Shown piece after piece: positions 49,201-52,733 of a stretch of 52,733 bases of DNA. A program made the translations under genes and the position numbers. The notes below the pieces were generated by a model. It had not been told where the DNA came from, ran no database searches, and worked only from the letters and a program-made list of their open reading frames with translations. The DNA comes from Candidatus Krumholzibacteriales bacterium (GTDB lineage Bacteria > Krumholzibacteriota > Krumholzibacteriia > Krumholzibacteriales > WJIX01), in NCBI GenBank assembly GCA_046483305.1, contig JAWODM010000020.1, positions 1 to 52,733 of the forward strand, in the 5' to 3' direction. Position 1 is the first letter of the stretch. The number at the start of each line of letters is the position of its first letter.

Positions 49201-50442
49201 ATGTGGAGATCGCTTGCAAGACAGCTCCTTTCCGATCTGAAGTACCAGAAGACCCGGGTCTTTCTGACGGTAGTATCAATTATATGGGGAACCATGTCGG
49301 TGGTTCTTCTTCTCGCCTTCGGTTTCGGCCTGGAGAAGAGGATGGCAGAGGGGCAGCTTAACGCTTCCGACGCGATAATAAGAGTCTACGGGGGCGAAAC
49401 CTCAGAAGCTTATCAGGGGCTTCCGATGGGGCGCAATATATCGCTTCATATGAGCGATGTCGATCTGCTGAGGGAGAACCTGCCCCTGATAGAATATATA
49501 AGTCCCAGTTTCGGCAGGAGTATGAGGTTGAGGCGAGGCGAGAACAGGACCACTACCTATGGCGAGGCAGTCGCCCCGTCATTTCTTCACATGCGGCATA
49601 TGTATCCTCAGCCGGGGGGAAGGTTCATTAATGACGGGGATATTCTGGAACGCAGAAGGGTGGTTTTCATAGGCGACGAAATAGCAGAGGAGCTTTTCGG
49701 GGATGAAGACCCGGTGGGAAAGGTGATCAAGGTCGATGACCTTCCGTACACCGTGGTTGGGGTGATGAAGCCGAAGCTGCAGACCTCCATGAGCAACGGG
49801 CCGGATGCCAGGAGAGTGATTATGCCTTATACCACATTCTCCACCGTATATGCCAGGAACCGGATCAACCAGATACTTATAAGGCCGTCGGTCAGGCCCC
49901 GGACCAGGGAGCTGATAAAGAATGTCCGGTACCTGCTGGGCTCGAAATACAGGTTCAACCCTGCGGATGAACACGCTCTCCGGATATGGGACTTCATAGA
50001 GATGGAGGAGATAGCCAGGAAGATATTCCTGGGGATAAATATATTCTTTGGTGTGATCGGTTCCCTTACCCTGATAGTGGCGGGAGTGGGGGTGGCTAAC
50101 ATTATGTACGTGGTGGTCAAGGAGAGGACCCACGAGCTGGGGATAAGAAGAGCGGTGGGAGCCAGAAGAAGGCATATAATATCTCACTACCTGGGAGAGT
50201 CGTTCATGCTGACCTGCGGAAGCGGCGCCCTGGGGATAGCTTTTTCGCTGCTTATTATCTGGCTGGTGAGCATGGCTCCTCTGGAATCGGGAGTCATGAA
50301 GTATATGGGGCATCCGATCTTCTCATGGCCGATTGCGGTGGTAACTGTTTCGATACTGACCGTAATAGCGGTCCTGGCCGGCATATTCCCGGCGAGGCAG
50401 GCGGCCGAGGTGGACCCGGTGGAGGCGCTGAGGTATGAATGA
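49201..50442 (+). CDS. MacB/FtsX-family ABC transporter permease
   Basis: Paralogous motifs: GVANIMYVVVKERTHELGIRRAVGA, DPVEALRYE. Confidence 0.92.
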   Translation: MWRSLARQLLSDLKYQKTRVFLTVVSIIWGTMSVVLLLAFGFGLEKRMAEGQLNASDAIIRVYGGETSEAYQGLPMGRNISLHMSDVDLLRENLPLIEYISPSFGRSMRLRRGENRTTTYGEAVAPSFLHMRHMYPQPGGRFINDGDILERRRVVFIGDEIAEELFGDEDPVGKVIKVDDLPYTVVGVMKPKLQTSMSNGPDARRVIMPYTTFSTVYARNRINQILIRPSVRPRTRELIKNVRYLLGSKYRFNPADEHALRIWDFIEMEEIARKIFLGINIFFGVIGSLTLIVAGVGVANIMYVVVKERTHELGIRRAVGARRRHIISHYLGESFMLTCGSGALGIAFSLLIIWLVSMAPLESGVMKYMGHPIFSWPIAVVTVSILTVIAVLAGIFPARQAAEVDPVEALRYE

Positions 50443-50469
50443 GGCCGGGTCATGGTCAGCTTCAAGGCC

Positions 50470-51426
50470 TTAAAAAGTATGACCCACGTACCTTTCAACC
50501 CCTGTTATCTCATCGATTCTGTTCTCAAAGCGATCTAACCTGTCAGGGTAGGTATATCCCTGTTTACTGTTGGAGATCCCCCTGTAAGTTCCGTCCATGA
50601 GTAGAACTGAAGTGAAGCTGGAGGAGACACAGGTCATGACCATCGGATATTCCGACGGTTCCATTTCAAAGTAGCGGAATCTGTAAACAGCTCTTTTAAG
50701 TGATTGGACCGCTTTCTGGTCGAGCTGCCAGGAATGATGACCCTTCTTTTCAACGAAATGCGTCCCGTGGTAAATTACCCTCCCGTCGCCGTGAATCGCC
50801 ACCTGGTATACAGGGCATGATCCCAGGCAGGGGCCGCGGAACAGAACAATTTTCTCGAATTCAGGTTTTCTCCTTCTTTTTTTCCGCTGCCGGTAGTATT
50901 CAGGCAGTATGATTCTCGCAATCTTTGCTATATTCCTTGCGTCGTCGATACCGCGGTGGTGAATTCCCTCCAGTTCGAGGCCCAGAATATTGAGCGCTTT
51001 TTTCATGCTACATGGTTTTCTTTCATACAGATGAGCGAAGAGCTGCTTGAGACTGATATGTTTTCTAAGGGGATCCCGCAGCTCAACTGAATTCGAAGAG
51101 ATATCTTTTCGCAATTGTTTTATATCATATGTTCCCCATGAGCAGTATGTGACCTTATTGCCTCCGGCCCAGATGAGGAACCTTTCCAGAGCCCCGGGAA
51201 AGCCCGGGGCCGAATCGACATCCGATTGACGGATGGATGTAAGCTCTCTGCAGAAATCGCTCAGCCCGGGGTTTTGATCCGGCTTCACAAAAGTTGAAAA
51301 TGTGTCTGTAATTTCATAGCTCTCCGGGTCCAGCCTGACCGCTCCAATCTCAATGGTCTCCATCTCTGACAGGTTCTTATGTCTTCCCCAGCAGGTCGCT
51401 TCCAGGTCGAATACTACGTGAATCAT
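50470..51426 (-). CDS. DEDDh 3'-5' exonuclease (ERI-1/KapD-like) fused to a C-terminal DUF6438-like domain
   Basis: DLEATCW, EIGAV, SWG.YD, HHRGIDDA; then RGPCLGSCPVY.V.I.GDG.V.Y.G. Confidence 0.85.
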   Translation of the reverse strand: MIHVVFDLEATCWGRHKNLSEMETIEIGAVRLDPESYEITDTFSTFVKPDQNPGLSDFCRELTSIRQSDVDSAPGFPGALERFLIWAGGNKVTYCSWGTYDIKQLRKDISSNSVELRDPLRKHISLKQLFAHLYERKPCSMKKALNILGLELEGIHHRGIDDARNIAKIARIILPEYYRQRKKRRRKPEFEKIVLFRGPCLGSCPVYQVAIHGDGRVIYHGTHFVEKKGHHSWQLDQKAVQSLKRAVYRFRYFEMEPSEYPMVMTCVSSSFTSVLLMDGTYRGISNSKQGYTYPDRLDRFENRIDEITGVERYVGHTF

Positions 51427-51564
51427 TATTTATCTTTCCAGTTTTCGGCTTGCCTTCTTCAGGAATAAAATTCCATCGATTTCCCTCTCTTACAGCGACT
51501 ATAGATCACCGATGATTATTATTCAATGATGACGGCTGTGTCATAGGAACTTTTCGATTTTATT

Positions 51565-52733
51565 CTTGACAGCTCTGAAACTTACAGCCTGCCTGCAGTT
51601 ACCATATCCTGTTTACAATCAACCGGTTGCCCCTGCAAGCGGCCTCTGCTGTCCTATCCGTCCTGCTCATGCCTTATTCCCCGTTTTGTCTTCTTTTAAC
51701 AGCCCTGATGCCCCTTACAGCCCGCCCCAGAACCTGTGGTATAATCAAATAAATGCTTTAAGGGGGGAAGTTTTAACGTGAGGAGGGCGTGCTATGAGCA
51801 TTTCCAGGGAAACTCCAGAGAAAACCGAAGATCTATTCAGAAAGCTCCGGTGCGAGCTTAAGAGACTAAAGGCAAAAGATCTTCTTGGAAACCTCGATTC
51901 TCTGAATGATAGAGAAAGAAAACTCAAGGTAAAAATCCTGCTCTATCTTCGGGAGATAGACAGAAGAAAGCTATATCTCGAACAGGGGTATTCATCGATG
52001 TTCGATTTCTGTATTAATTATCTGAAATACTCCGAGTCTACGGCTGTAAGAAGAATAAAGGCAGAGAGGGCTCTTGGAAGATCCAAGAAAATAATAAGAA
52101 TGCTTCTGTCTGGCGAGATGACCGTGACAGGTTTGTCGAAGATAGAGAGCATCTGCAGGCCTGAGAATACAGAAGCGATTCTTGAAAGGGCCGCCGGGTG
52201 CTCCTGCAGGGAACTGGATATATTAAAGGCCAGGCACTGCCCTTCAGAGCCCAAGCCGGAGAAGGTCAAGCCTGTATTTGTCAAAACAGAACTTAAAATA
52301 AAATCTGAACCATCTAATGGTGGTAAGAAATTTACCGCCAACACCGAAGGAGCATCTCCTGTCCTGGAGGAAAAGTACAGGTTGGAATTCATGGTGGATA
52401 AGGAAACCATGAATAAGATAAAGCGGGCGAAATCTTTTCTTTCGACCAGGTACCCGAAGGGAGTAAAGCTCGAAACTCTTTTTAGAGAGCTTCTTGATGG
52501 CTACCTGGAAAAGAACGATCCGAACAGGAGAGAAAGCGATAAAGATATTAAATCAAATAATTTAAACAGAACCAGGTATATACCTCGGAAAGTAAAGGAC
52601 CTGGTCTACAGACGAGACGGCGGAAGGTGCAGCTCCACCTGGAACCTGCAGTACGATCATATAGTGCCATTCGGCAAGGGCGGGGACAACTCCCCGGAGA
52701 ACCTGCGGCTTCTGTGCGGAAGGCATAACCAAT
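51565..52733 (+). mobile_element. Repeated element, copy 2 (truncated by the window end)
   Basis: Homologous to 2280 onward. Confidence 0.7.
51794..52733 (+). CDS. HNH endonuclease, second copy, partial, with a 10-aa in-frame deletion
   Basis: MSISRETPEKTEDLFRK start identical to copy 1; DGGRCSSTW instead of DGGRCSFVSKNGRRCNSTW. Confidence 0.85.
   Translation, partial: MSISRETPEKTEDLFRKLRCELKRLKAKDLLGNLDSLNDRERKLKVKILLYLREIDRRKLYLEQGYSSMFDFCINYLKYSESTAVRRIKAERALGRSKKIIRMLLSGEMTVTGLSKIESICRPENTEAILERAAGCSCRELDILKARHCPSEPKPEKVKPVFVKTELKIKSEPSNGGKKFTANTEGASPVLEEKYRLEFMVDKETMNKIKRAKSFLSTRYPKGVKLETLFRELLDGYLEKNDPNRRESDKDIKSNNLNRTRYIPRKVKDLVYRRDGGRCSSTWNLQYDHIVPFGKGGDNSPENLRLLCGRHNQ

Noticed and set aside
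2280..52733. Composite transposon or island bounded by the two HNH repeats
   Set aside because: The interval holds core genes (guaB, ftsH, tilS, gltX, tRNAs), so independent insertions are more plausible.
1..52733. CRISPR array, rRNA, or integrase at the tRNA genes
   Set aside because: No regularly spaced repeats, rRNA-like sequence or recombinase ORF was seen.

Overview
Chromosomal segment of an anaerobic bacterium. An FCB-group candidate phylum such as Krumholzibacteria/Latescibacteria is my inference from a C-terminal (S/T)WGxxKxxY tail motif. Core content: S46 peptidase, nfnAB, hypF-hypE, guaB, tilS-hpt-ftsH-folP-cdaA, ilvC, gltX with tRNA-Gln and tRNA-Glu, tRNA-Met, and a MacAB-like exporter. 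The most unusual parts are: (1) a secreted CBM6-like gene at 41826-42347 that appears to run through two in-frame TGA codons, the first in a C-G-U context with a SECIS-like hairpin and the second at the Trp of a tail motif, next to a redoxin/beta-barrel fusion; (2) a sigma54-driven operon made of a degenerate chemoreceptor, a CheA lacking its catalytic residues, an HTH protein, and one inactive plus one intact HD-GYP protein; (3) two direct-orientation copies of a 229-bp leader plus HNH nuclease element near the window ends; (4) a lexA-dinB/imuB-dnaE2 cassette with a miniature S24/UmuD'-like ORF where imuA would be; (5) a gltX with no canonical start codon; (6) several MITE-like inverted-repeat elements. 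All calls come from reading motifs by eye; no searches were run.
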